A stretch of DNA of 62,643 bases, the filler included, from Myxococcota bacterium (GTDB taxonomy: Bacteria > Myxococcota_C > UBA6777): assembly GCA_023150835.1 (NCBI GenBank). It is 3 parts of 3 records of this genome, joined end to end, with 100 filler letters (N's around TTAATTAATTAA, not from the genome) between each part and the next. Parts side by side here need not be neighbours in the genome. Positions count along the whole stretch, not along the records: positions 17,359 to 46,107 come from JAKLKB010000144.1; 2 more parts are not named here. One strand, 5' to 3'. This document shows positions 20,445 through 29,244 of the stretch, in pieces (position 1 is the stretch's first letter; every line of letters starts with the position of its first letter). The position numbers were made by a program, and so were the translations under genes. Below the pieces are notes generated by a model. It was not told the DNA's origin and did not search any database. It saw only the letters and a list, made by a program, of their open reading frames with translations.

Positions 20445-20901
20445 CATCCACACATTGCGCGAACTCGCGCATCCTCCGCTCTTATCCAACGTCGATCCAC
20501 TTGGCTTCGAGCAGCGTCGAAATAGGATTGAAGCTGCGACGGAAGTGATCCGCGAATACTGGAACGAGCTTCCTCTGCCGATTAAGGACGAAGTGGTTCG
20601 GTACGTGCGTTTGCTTGTGGATTCGCCAAGCCTTTCTTTTTGGGAAAGCCTCATGCATCGGGTCTCTGTGGTCGGCGGTTTCCTCGCGGTGGCTTACCAT
20701 TTTTTCGTGGACAAGAAATCGATGCACTCGTACGTTGGATATGTTCAATCCGTCGATCGACTGATTCAGACGGTGCTTGATGCGGTGGAGAGAGAAAACG
20801 CTTTCTATCAGCAAGCCATCCAGATTTCAAAAGAAGAAGAAGGCAAGGAATTGAAAGGAACAACGGCGGGGGATTTTCGTGACTTCCTTGGAAGGTTATA
20901 G
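20425..20901 (+). CDS. hypothetical protein, putative antitoxin
   Basis: Overlaps downstream toxin-like ORF; C-terminal GTTAGDFRDFLGRL amphipathic tail resembling type II antitoxins; start 20410 or 20425. Confidence 0.55.
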   Translation: MSVAVLDIHTLRELAHPPLLSNVDPLGFEQRRNRIEAATEVIREYWNELPLPIKDEVVRYVRLLVDSPSLSFWESLMHRVSVVGGFLAVAYHFFVDKKSMHSYVGYVQSVDRLIQTVLDAVERENAFYQQAIQISKEEEGKELKGTTAGDFRDFLGRL

Positions 20902-21322
20902 GTTTCTGATCACGTCTTGCTTTGAGCGGAGTTATCGGGACGTGTGCAAAAAGCACTACAAGAAAGACACCAGAGGGCGAGGTGAACTAGACGAGCTTGT
21001 GGGCGTTTTTCTTTCGTCGATAAAACAAGACTATAAACATCCTCAATCTTCTCTTGAGCCTTGGCCGAATAAGACGCACCAAGAGCCTTGGGAACTTTGG
21101 AAGCTACGCTTCACGATGCCTCGACAGTCGGGTAGTTCTAGTTATGGTCGGCTGATCTATTGCGTCGATCCTGTCGATCGGTGGGTAAAGCTGATGTTGC
21201 TGTACACCCACGCTGAGTATGAGGGGCGACCAAGCGATCAACAAATTCGAGAGGCTTTTCACGAAGAAGTTGAGCCGCCACATCACGCGGAGCCGCCACC
21301 CAGCACAGAACCATCTTCCTAG
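20888..21322 (+). CDS. putative RelE/ParE-fold toxin
   Basis: N-terminal FERSYRDV helix, WKLRF...GRLIYCVD...VKLMLLYTH pattern of RelE-like ribonucleases; TTG start overlapping upstream gene. Confidence 0.55.
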   Translation: MEGYRFLITSCFERSYRDVCKKHYKKDTRGRGELDELVGVFLSSIKQDYKHPQSSLEPWPNKTHQEPWELWKLRFTMPRQSGSSSYGRLIYCVDPVDRWVKLMLLYTHAEYEGRPSDQQIREAFHEEVEPPHHAEPPPSTEPSS

Positions 21323-21392
21323 AAAGATTTGCCTTGATTAGCGCGATTAGACATGGATGGTTTGATCGGGGTGTCGGCGGGAAGTACAGGGT

Positions 21393-23558
21393 TTATTCGG
21401 GGAGGATGTTGGGGTAGAGGGCAAATTTTTCGCGAGCGGCCCCGGAGGGTCGGGCTTCGGGATGTTTTTGGAGGAAGGCTTGGTAGGGCTGGTTGAGGGC
21501 GTGGGGGAGATCGCCGTAGACCATCTTGACGAAGCCAACGATGCCTTGGACGTGGTTGCGGGTGTCGGCGTCGAGTTGGCCTGTGGGGATCTTGGCGGCA
21601 GCGCGTCGGAGGACGCTGCGGAAGGTTTTGATCTTTTCACGGGGGATGCGGATCTGTTGGTCGTCGATGCGAAGTCCGCATATCTCGAGGTCTTGGCCTT
21701 TGGCGACGGAAGCGGAGTGGACTTTGTGGGGATGCCAGCGGAATCCAGCGTTTTCGATGATGGATTGGACTTGGAGGAGGAGGAGTTCGGGGAGGTCGTC
21801 TTGGGTGGAGAGGGTGAGATCGTCGGCGTATCGGGTGTATACGATGGGTGTGTGGTATTCTTGGAGGGAGGCGAACAGGCGTTTGTCGAGGGTGAGGCAA
21901 GAGAGATTGAGGAGATAGCCCGAAGTGGGGGCACCTTGGGGGAGTTCGTTTTTGTGGGTGGTGAGATCGGCGATCAGGGCGACGACATCATCGCGCAGTT
22001 CACGAGGACAACGCAGTCCGAATTTTTTGAGAAGAGCGCCAAGACCGACCTGCATGACGTGTTTGACGCGGGCGGTGCTGACGGACGGGAAAGCATCTTT
22101 GAGGTCGAGATTGAGCAAGTGTTTTGCGCCGAGGTGGGCTTGTGCGTTGGTGACGATGGATCGGCCCGGGACGAAGCCATGCGAGGCGACAGAGACAGGC
22201 ATGTGATAGAGGAGTCGGTCAAGGATGCGCTCTTGGACGGCTTTGAGTTCGCTTTTGGGCGAAGATATCTGGCGGGTTTTGCCGTTGCCTTTGGGGATCT
22301 CCCATTCGTCGTAGCCAAGTCCGCTTTGGGCGAGTTGTTGGGCCAGTCCGACGTAGGAGGGGGAAAGGTCGAGCCATTGGGCAAGAAGGGAGACGGCGTC
22401 TTGGGCTTCGACAGGTCGGGGAGAGGTGGCGGCGATCGCAGGTGCGGTGATCTCGGTTTCATCGGGGAGATCGCGTGTTTTTCGATAGCGTTGGTAAGCG
22501 TCTTTGATCGAGGGGGGGAGTTGTTCGCCGTAGACCTGTTTGAAGAAGGAGATGATCCCGCGAATCTTGCTGCGTCGTTTGATCTCGGTGCGGGGGTCGG
22601 CGATATCGAGGGAGCGTTCGAGAGCTTCTTGGCAGCGTTCGATCAAGAGGGGGTCGGCTTCGAGTCGGCCAAAGCGGAGAGTGACGCCGCAGATGACGGC
22701 GTTTTCGTGTTGTGTGTCGACGAGTCGGGTTTTTCCGCGATGGAGGCGGAAGTCATTTTTGATCACCGCGAGTTCGAGTTCTTGTTGGACGTTTTGGGGG
22801 ATCGAGGTGGGGGTTGAGATCGTGATATCGTCGATGTATCGGGAATAACGAAGGCCGAGTTCTTTGTGTTGATCGATGATCTTGAAGATCTTGCGATCCA
22901 TCTCAAGGCAGGCGAGGTTGAGGAGGTAGCCTGAAGTGGGTGCGCCTTGGGGGAGAGCGTAGACGGTGTGTGCGCCTTGGGGGGTGGCTTCGGTTTGGCG
23001 CATGGTGGTGAGAGCGGCGAGGAAGTGGAGGGCTTCGTCGAGGGGAGAAGGGCCATCATGGAGGGTTTTGGCGTGGGGGAGGGGGCCAAACTGTCGAAAA
23101 AGTGGTTTGACGTAGCGTCGAAAGATCGTGTGGACGCGAGGGAGCCGGACCGAAGGGAAGGCGTTGCGCAAGTCCATCAAAAGGAGTTGTTGTGCATCGG
23201 GGAGGTGGTGCATGGCGTTGGAAACAACGGAGCGACCCGGGACAGCGCCATGTGCGGCGTTGGAGACGGGGATCGGGTAAAGCAAGCGATCGAGGATGCG
23301 GCGTTGGATCTCTTTGAGAGCGCCGTAAGGCTCGTAGATATCGCGCCATTCGAGGCGACCGGGTTTGGGGATGCGGTAGTGAAAATAAGCATCATCGGAG
23401 CGCATGGCTTGGTGGACTTCGGCAAGCAAGGCGGCATCGACATCGAGCCATTGAGCGAGCAGTTGATGTGCCGCTTCAGAATAGCTTGCGAGCGGCTGAT
23501 ACGCGCGGATGGTGAGGTGAGCAGTATTCCGTTTGCGTTTAGGCGTGTCTTGAACCAT
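21393..23558 (-). CDS. protein with two tandem retron-like reverse transcriptase domains
   Basis: Domain 1: IPK..R, NAMHH, DLRNAFPS, LPQGAPTS, YSRYIDD (22827-22838), ICG. Domain 2: IPK..R, NAQAH, DLKDAFPS, LPQGAPTS, YTRYADD (21819-21830), ICG. AAGGAG RBS before ATG. Confidence 0.93.
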   Translation of the reverse strand: MVQDTPKRKRNTAHLTIRAYQPLASYSEAAHQLLAQWLDVDAALLAEVHQAMRSDDAYFHYRIPKPGRLEWRDIYEPYGALKEIQRRILDRLLYPIPVSNAAHGAVPGRSVVSNAMHHLPDAQQLLLMDLRNAFPSVRLPRVHTIFRRYVKPLFRQFGPLPHAKTLHDGPSPLDEALHFLAALTTMRQTEATPQGAHTVYALPQGAPTSGYLLNLACLEMDRKIFKIIDQHKELGLRYSRYIDDITISTPTSIPQNVQQELELAVIKNDFRLHRGKTRLVDTQHENAVICGVTLRFGRLEADPLLIERCQEALERSLDIADPRTEIKRRSKIRGIISFFKQVYGEQLPPSIKDAYQRYRKTRDLPDETEITAPAIAATSPRPVEAQDAVSLLAQWLDLSPSYVGLAQQLAQSGLGYDEWEIPKGNGKTRQISSPKSELKAVQERILDRLLYHMPVSVASHGFVPGRSIVTNAQAHLGAKHLLNLDLKDAFPSVSTARVKHVMQVGLGALLKKFGLRCPRELRDDVVALIADLTTHKNELPQGAPTSGYLLNLSCLTLDKRLFASLQEYHTPIVYTRYADDLTLSTQDDLPELLLLQVQSIIENAGFRWHPHKVHSASVAKGQDLEICGLRIDDQQIRIPREKIKTFRSVLRRAAAKIPTGQLDADTRNHVQGIVGFVKMVYGDLPHALNQPYQAFLQKHPEARPSGAAREKFALYPNILPE

Positions 23559-24011
23559 CTAACCCTCTCCTTACAAGGCTCACTAGGACGACGGAGGTTG
23601 CGGGGGCAAACCTCGCGGTGTTTACGAGAAAAGACCGTGAATAGGAAACTGTTTGGAACGAAGAGCAATATGCTCACAGGACGCAAAGAAAGGAAAGGAG
23701 GCGGCTTGGGCTTGGGGGGATATCCTCTCTCGGGGCGCAGGGGGGAGAGAGGAAGCAGAGAGGAAGGGTGGCTTGCGGCCTCGTGTCTTTCCAGTTATCG
23801 TGCGTTGCGAAGTGGGGGGCTGTGGAGCAGAAGTGCGGTGGTGCGGGCATCTGCGAGGGAAGCCCCAAAAAACACCCAAGCCCGAGGGGATGGATGTTTT
23901 GGAGTTGGTATGGTGTTTGGTGGAACCCAAAAAGCGCTCCATGCGGTGCGTTTGTCGAACAGAGCACACAAGGCAACAAGATCGCAAAGAGAGAGGTCCT
24001 TGTGGGGACGT
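23559..24011 (-). ncRNA. candidate RT-associated structured RNA (msr-msd-like position)
   Basis: Intergenic region directly upstream of the RT gene with several hairpins; no clear a1/a2 inverted repeat identified by eye. Confidence 0.3.
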
Positions 24012-26165
24012 GTGGAGTGGTGTCTTGTGCGGGTTGTGTTGTGTTGGGTAGCCCACGGGTGGTGGCTTCCTTTTTCGGTGAATGGAGAAACATCCGCGAG
24101 GGGTTCCAAGCAAAGAAACAAAGAGACCACAAAAGCGGATCGAGGTCAACAAGGCAACACGCAAAAGTCAAGTGCTGTGGGGATTGTGGAGGGTGAGGAT
24201 CCAAGCGAATCGCTGTCTTTTGCGCAATTGGCCGCGTTATGGAGTCAGGGGCATCTTTACGGGCAACGTATGACGCAACTTGTCGCACGTTCGTTTGAGG
24301 AGTGGCTAGGGGACTTGGGAGGCGTCTCGTGGGGCGGCAGCGATCCTGCGGGGGGTTCGTTGTGGTTGCGTGGAGGGGGAGGAGGGCGGGTGGCGATTCG
24401 ATTGGATGGGTTGCCGTTGTTGCGGGGTGTGGAAGAGTTGGTGGGAGAGCGACCCTTGGCGGGTTTGGCGCTGTGGGATATCAAAGAAGTGACGTTGTTG
24501 CGAGGGCCGACTTCGGTGTATTTGGGAGATCATGGATTGTTGGGAGGGCTGTTGTTGCGAACGGAGGGGGATGGTTGGGAAGAAGGCGGTGGTTGGCGGG
24601 GTTGGCGAGGGGGAGGTGTGGCAGAAGGGCATTATACGAGTGGTGCGCAGGGAGGGAGCGGATTTGCGAAGGCATGGGTGGGGATGCCGATCTTTGGTGT
24701 GCGGCTCAGCGGAGGATACGAAGGGATGCAAGCGATGCGCACAGGGGGGGGTGAAGTGGTGCCTGAGAGCGGTTATCAACGAGGGCATGTGTCTGCAAAG
24801 CTGCGGTTTTCCTCTCCTGCACGCCTTTGGGAAAATCGTTTGTTTTACACGGTGGGTTGGTTGCGGGATGCTGTGCGTGTGGATCAGTTGCCGCCATACG
24901 GCGATCGGACGGTGTTGGGGCGGCAACAACATCTTGGGTATGTGGACAGTCGTCTGGTCTTGCCTTTTTTGAAAACGCGGCTGCGTGGGATGTTTGGTGT
25001 GCAATTTTTGGAAGAAGATCGTTTGGTGGAACGCTTCGCCTCGGTGGGCGGGGGAGTTGTGGGGTGGCGAGAAGAAAGAACGCCGCACTTGCGATGGGAC
25101 GGATTGATCCACGCAGAGAGCCGCCCTTGGTCGGTGTTGCTGTTGCGTTATGGCGCAGAATTTTCGACGGAATCGCTAGAGCATCGGACGATTCGAGAAA
25201 CAGGACAAAGTAGCGGAGGTCGTTCTTTTCTTGGGCAGGCGAGGCAAAATGATTTGTCGTTTTTTTTGTCAAGCCGTGTGTCGTTGCCTGCGGATAGATT
25301 GCGCATCGACATGGAGGGCGGGATAAGAGTTCACAATCATTGGCGCGATATCGATGCTCTTGTATCGGGAAATTCTACGCGCTGGGCCAAAACTTTGTAC
25401 GCGGCTTATTTGGGGATCAAGCTGCATGATGCGCGGGTGTGGTCGGTGCGTTTGTTTTTCTCTGACGGGTTTCGGACGCCAAACATGGCGGAGATGGGGC
25501 GGTTGGGAGTGTTTGGACAAGCTTTTTTTATTCCCAATACAGAGTTAAACGAAGAACGAACGCGTGCCTTAGAAGGGACGTTTACACTTCGGATGACAGG
25601 GCGTGTACAGACTTCTGTTCGCTTCTTTTTGCAAGCACTTTCAGGATGGTTGGCTTTGCAGCCTGCGTCGTATGGCGGTCAAGGCGCTGTGGGCGGCTTG
25701 CCTGTCTATCAATACCAAGCCACCGAAGAAGTCGTGATGTTGGGGGCGGAAGCTACGCTGGCTTGGCAGATCATCGGTGGATGGAGTTTGCGTGCAGAGA
25801 TCGGATGGTTGGATGAGATGGGCAACGGTAGCGCACGTCCCCCCACGCCGATCTGGCCGCCTGCATCGAACTGGACAGGTCGATTGCTCACGCGCTACAA
25901 CTGGGAGGGCTGGGGTGGGATCGAGATCATGGCGCAAGGAGCGATGGGGCGAGAAGCGCGCTATCTTCCTCCGTGGCAGGTGGCGCGGATGCCTTCGGCC
26001 TCGTGGTGGACGATGCACATCCGCGCTGATCTGCGCTTGATGTCGTGGATGCAGTTGTTGTTTTCTGTGCGAAACCTTCTCGATCAAGCCTATATCCCGT
26101 TCCCTTCGCGCTATCCTGCAATGGGTCGCGATATCCATCTGGCTTTGCGTCTTTCTTTTTCCTGA
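24012..26165 (+). CDS. TonB-dependent receptor
   Basis: Plug-like VAIRLDG, EVTLLRGPTSVYLG; FRTPN, VRNLLDQAY, C-terminal GRDIHLALRLSFS; start at GTG 24012 inferred from signal-peptide-like stretch. Confidence 0.8.
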   Translation: MEWCLVRVVLCWVAHGWWLPFSVNGETSARGSKQRNKETTKADRGQQGNTQKSSAVGIVEGEDPSESLSFAQLAALWSQGHLYGQRMTQLVARSFEEWLGDLGGVSWGGSDPAGGSLWLRGGGGGRVAIRLDGLPLLRGVEELVGERPLAGLALWDIKEVTLLRGPTSVYLGDHGLLGGLLLRTEGDGWEEGGGWRGWRGGGVAEGHYTSGAQGGSGFAKAWVGMPIFGVRLSGGYEGMQAMRTGGGEVVPESGYQRGHVSAKLRFSSPARLWENRLFYTVGWLRDAVRVDQLPPYGDRTVLGRQQHLGYVDSRLVLPFLKTRLRGMFGVQFLEEDRLVERFASVGGGVVGWREERTPHLRWDGLIHAESRPWSVLLLRYGAEFSTESLEHRTIRETGQSSGGRSFLGQARQNDLSFFLSSRVSLPADRLRIDMEGGIRVHNHWRDIDALVSGNSTRWAKTLYAAYLGIKLHDARVWSVRLFFSDGFRTPNMAEMGRLGVFGQAFFIPNTELNEERTRALEGTFTLRMTGRVQTSVRFFLQALSGWLALQPASYGGQGAVGGLPVYQYQATEEVVMLGAEATLAWQIIGGWSLRAEIGWLDEMGNGSARPPTPIWPPASNWTGRLLTRYNWEGWGGIEIMAQGAMGREARYLPPWQVARMPSASWWTMHIRADLRLMSWMQLLFSVRNLLDQAYIPFPSRYPAMGRDIHLALRLSFS

Positions 26166-26440
26166 GGGGATCTGCGCGGTTCGATCCTCGGAGGGGGTGT
26201 GCTGTTTTGGGGCAGAGGCGGAATCGCTTGGAGGGCGAGACTGTTTCGTTGCGTTGACACCTACGTCTCAGAGTGGGAAATTTTGATCTTGAAATCGGAA
26301 GGCGACTTGCTTTATGATGCGAGGGCTTGTGTTTTCTTCCTTATGCAAAGTGGAACACCACCCACGAGGCCGACCATGCAAACGAGGCGCTCTTTTGTTT
26401 TTTGTTTCTTCCGCCTCGCCTTCACCAACAGGAGGGGCGC

Positions 26441-28030
26441 ATGAGATCGCACACCCACTCGACGCCGGCCTTGCTCTTGATCGTCCAACACTCGCTCTTG
26501 GCCCACGACCTCTCGGCCTTTGCACACACCCACCATCTCCCCCTGATCTACGCCGCCAACTTTGAAGAAGGGCGAGCGGTTGCTTCCCAAACATCCCTGC
26601 GCTGCATCGTGCTGGATGTGATGCGCGAAGACGAGAGCGGCTTTTTGTTTGCCGAATGGGTACGACAACAGCCGATGTTGGATGCGGTAGATCTGATCTT
26701 TGTCAGCGACACCCATCCCGCAGCCCATTTTCGGGACTCTGCCTTGCCGCGTTATCGGGCGATGGCGTATTTCGATCTCCCCGTACCCCGCGAAGCGTTG
26801 TTCCAAGTTCTCTTGCTTCAGCTACAACGCAATACGCATTCTTTTGCGCATCCTTCGGCCTCCACAAGAGCTCCTTCTCGTTCGCAATGGATGACGCCAG
26901 CCCCTTCTGCTTCGCCCTCTTCATCCTCTCTTGTTGCGCGCCCACAGCCCGAACGCTCCGCATCAGCTTCATGGGGAGTCCCCTCCGCACCGTGGACTCC
27001 CCCTGTTTCTTCCGAACATTCCGACGCTTCCGCGTCTCTCCACGCGGCTCCTTCCGATGCTGCGGCGTCATGGCCTCACGCATCCTCTTCTTGGTCTGGC
27101 GAAGGAGCCGCCGATCTCAACCCAACACAGTTTTTGACGGACCCCGAAGATTGGGCGCAATCGATCTTTTCTCGACCTTCTTTACCCCAACACGTCACAC
27201 CAGCAGCTTTTCACAACGCAGATCCCGAACACGATCAACTTGCAGACACCGGCAATTACGGACAAGCGCCCGACTTTGAAGAACTCTCCGCAGAGTCTAC
27301 CGCTGAAGAGATCCCGCGCATCCCCCGCGATCTTCAAAACCCCTTCTCTTCTTCGCCCTCCCGAGACGAACAAGCCCATCAATTTGAAGATGAGCAGACG
27401 CACGCCCCGCAGGGAACGCACGCCCCGCAGGGAACGCACGCTCCGCACGAATCGCAGGAACCGCAAAGAGCGAACACTCCGCAAAGAGCGAACGCTCCGC
27501 ACAAATCGCAGGAACCGCAAAGAGCGAACACTTCGCAAAGAGCGAACACTGCGCATGGACCGCATGGACCGCAGAGATCGAATGCTCCGCAGGGATCACA
27601 GGATCTGTATGATCCTGAGGAAGACAGCCTCGAAGAGCTCAACGAGGAAGCAGAAGCAGCATTCGCGGAGGGGTTGAGAGGGTTGGCGCAGCGCGAGTAT
27701 TCTCAGGCATTACCGTTGTTTGCGCGTGCTTTTCAGATGCAAAATTCGCCACGTTACGAATGTTATTTTGCGTGGACGCTTTTTTTGTCACAGCCGCAAA
27801 ATCAACTGCAAGCCAAGATCGCTTTGATGCACTTAGAAAAGTCGCGAAAGGCCGAGCCTTATTACGAGAAAACGTATCTGTTTATGGGCCATATTTTTCA
27901 GCAGATGCGTCGCTTCGACGAGGCGTTGCAGATCTATCGCGAGGCGCTGGCTTTTTCGCCCGCATTTTTGGAGGTTTATCGGGAGTTACGGCTGTTGGAG
28001 CTTCAGATGACAAGAGCATTCAAGACTTGA
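26441..28030 (+). CDS. receiver-like domain / low-complexity linker / TPR protein
   Basis: IVLDVMREDESGF receiver-like motif, LIFVS; C-terminal TPRs; GGAGG RBS. Confidence 0.7.
   Translation: MRSHTHSTPALLLIVQHSLLAHDLSAFAHTHHLPLIYAANFEEGRAVASQTSLRCIVLDVMREDESGFLFAEWVRQQPMLDAVDLIFVSDTHPAAHFRDSALPRYRAMAYFDLPVPREALFQVLLLQLQRNTHSFAHPSASTRAPSRSQWMTPAPSASPSSSSLVARPQPERSASASWGVPSAPWTPPVSSEHSDASASLHAAPSDAAASWPHASSSWSGEGAADLNPTQFLTDPEDWAQSIFSRPSLPQHVTPAAFHNADPEHDQLADTGNYGQAPDFEELSAESTAEEIPRIPRDLQNPFSSSPSRDEQAHQFEDEQTHAPQGTHAPQGTHAPHESQEPQRANTPQRANAPHKSQEPQRANTSQRANTAHGPHGPQRSNAPQGSQDLYDPEEDSLEELNEEAEAAFAEGLRGLAQREYSQALPLFARAFQMQNSPRYECYFAWTLFLSQPQNQLQAKIALMHLEKSRKAEPYYEKTYLFMGHIFQQMRRFDEALQIYREALAFSPAFLEVYRELRLLELQMTRAFKT
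27398..27552 (+). repeat. in-frame 18-bp-based repeats (THAPQG, QRANTP)
   Basis: Direct reading of linker. Confidence 0.8.
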
Positions 28031-28160
28031 GAGACGGGACTGAAGCAGCCAAGCCAAAAAAGACTGTGGCGGGGAAGTCGTTTTTGGGGCCGATTTTTGT
28101 GGATACAAACCATTGATTTTCATGGTCGCCTTGGAGGGCCATGTGAGAAAAGGAGCCGAG

Positions 28161-29093
28161 ATGAGCTTGCCTTATTTTCGAGTCGACACCCAAAACGAGC
28201 GCCTCGTGACGTTGGTGGAGAAGCATGGCTCTGTGTGGAGCGATTTTAATCAAAAGCTCGATCTCTCTTGGATCTACCATGATCACGGCATGGAGGGCGT
28301 GGTGTTGCAAGCCCAAGAGATCGGGATCGCTTTGAACCAAAAAGTGATCTCCACAGACGCTTTTTTGCCGGCGTACCAAGAGATCAAAAACCTTCATGCT
28401 TGCATCGAGTGGCTGCGCGAATTGTCCGATGCACGGCGCTCAGAAAAAGTCACACGCGCTTTGATCCAGCGCTGCTATGAGACGATGGTGCAGCGTTTGC
28501 GTAGCAGCGCAAAAAGCGACGGATTGCGGCAAGATGACAATCGGTATGGCGCGTATTATCACCGCCATTGCTCTCACAACGAAGTGGGGGCAGGTTTGGA
28601 TGCGTTTGTGGATTTTTTCAATGGTTTGCATGCAGACAAGCAACATCCGATCGTCAGCGCAGCCCAACTGCATTATCGTTTTATGCAATTGATGCCTTAC
28701 GGTCGGTTCTCTGGGCGTTTGGCGCGCTGGCTGACCAACCTGTTTTTGATGCGTCACGGTTATCCCGCCTTGGTGATCCACACGGCAGAGCGCGCTCGTT
28801 ATTACGAAGCCCTTGCTTTTGAAAACGAATCAGAGTTGAGCCACCTCTTTACAGAGGCGATGAATGCTACGGTGGAGAGTGCTTGTCAGTACATCCAAAA
28901 TAGCTTGGAAGAACGGCGAAAAAAGCGCGAAGCTTACAAGGTGGCCCGTCACAAGCGCGAAGAAGCCGCAAAACGCGCACGCGAAACCCCCAAAACCCAA
29001 AAAGCCGCCAGTTCTCCACGCAAACTCAAAGCGGTCTCCGACGCTCCCACAGGGAAAAAAGCGCGATCAGCCTCGAAACGCCGCCCTTCATAA
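28161..29093 (+). CDS. Fic/DOC family protein with degenerate motif
   Basis: WIYHDHGMEG, HPIVSAAQLHYRF then MPYGRFSGRLAR at the HPFxxGNGRxxR position, RYYEAL. Confidence 0.8.
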   Translation: MSLPYFRVDTQNERLVTLVEKHGSVWSDFNQKLDLSWIYHDHGMEGVVLQAQEIGIALNQKVISTDAFLPAYQEIKNLHACIEWLRELSDARRSEKVTRALIQRCYETMVQRLRSSAKSDGLRQDDNRYGAYYHRHCSHNEVGAGLDAFVDFFNGLHADKQHPIVSAAQLHYRFMQLMPYGRFSGRLARWLTNLFLMRHGYPALVIHTAERARYYEALAFENESELSHLFTEAMNATVESACQYIQNSLEERRKKREAYKVARHKREEAAKRARETPKTQKAASSPRKLKAVSDAPTGKKARSASKRRPS

Positions 29094-29244
29094 ACTTTGT
29101 TTGTGGGGCGTTTTGACGCTTCCGATCACAATTCTTTCGGATAAAGTAGAAAAGACGTTGTTAGGCTTGACAGGGGGAGCGGGGCGAGGCATCATCCTGC
29201 GCTTTGTTCGGATGGCTTTGGTTTTGGATGGAGGAAATATCGAG

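Noticed and set aside
21462-22817. 451-aa + strand ORF antisense to the RT
   Set aside because: Stop-poor shadow frame of a biased-codon gene; no motifs
21393-23558. Group II intron or DGR interpretation of the RT
   Set aside because: No maturase X/endonuclease domain or intron ends seen, no TR/VR pair or avd-like gene; NAxxH and LPQGAPTS fit retron-like RTs
22947-24011. Long N-terminal extension of the 1072-aa ORF overlapping the RT gene
   Set aside because: Antisense shadow of the RT and intergenic read-through; TonB receptor features start only after ~24012
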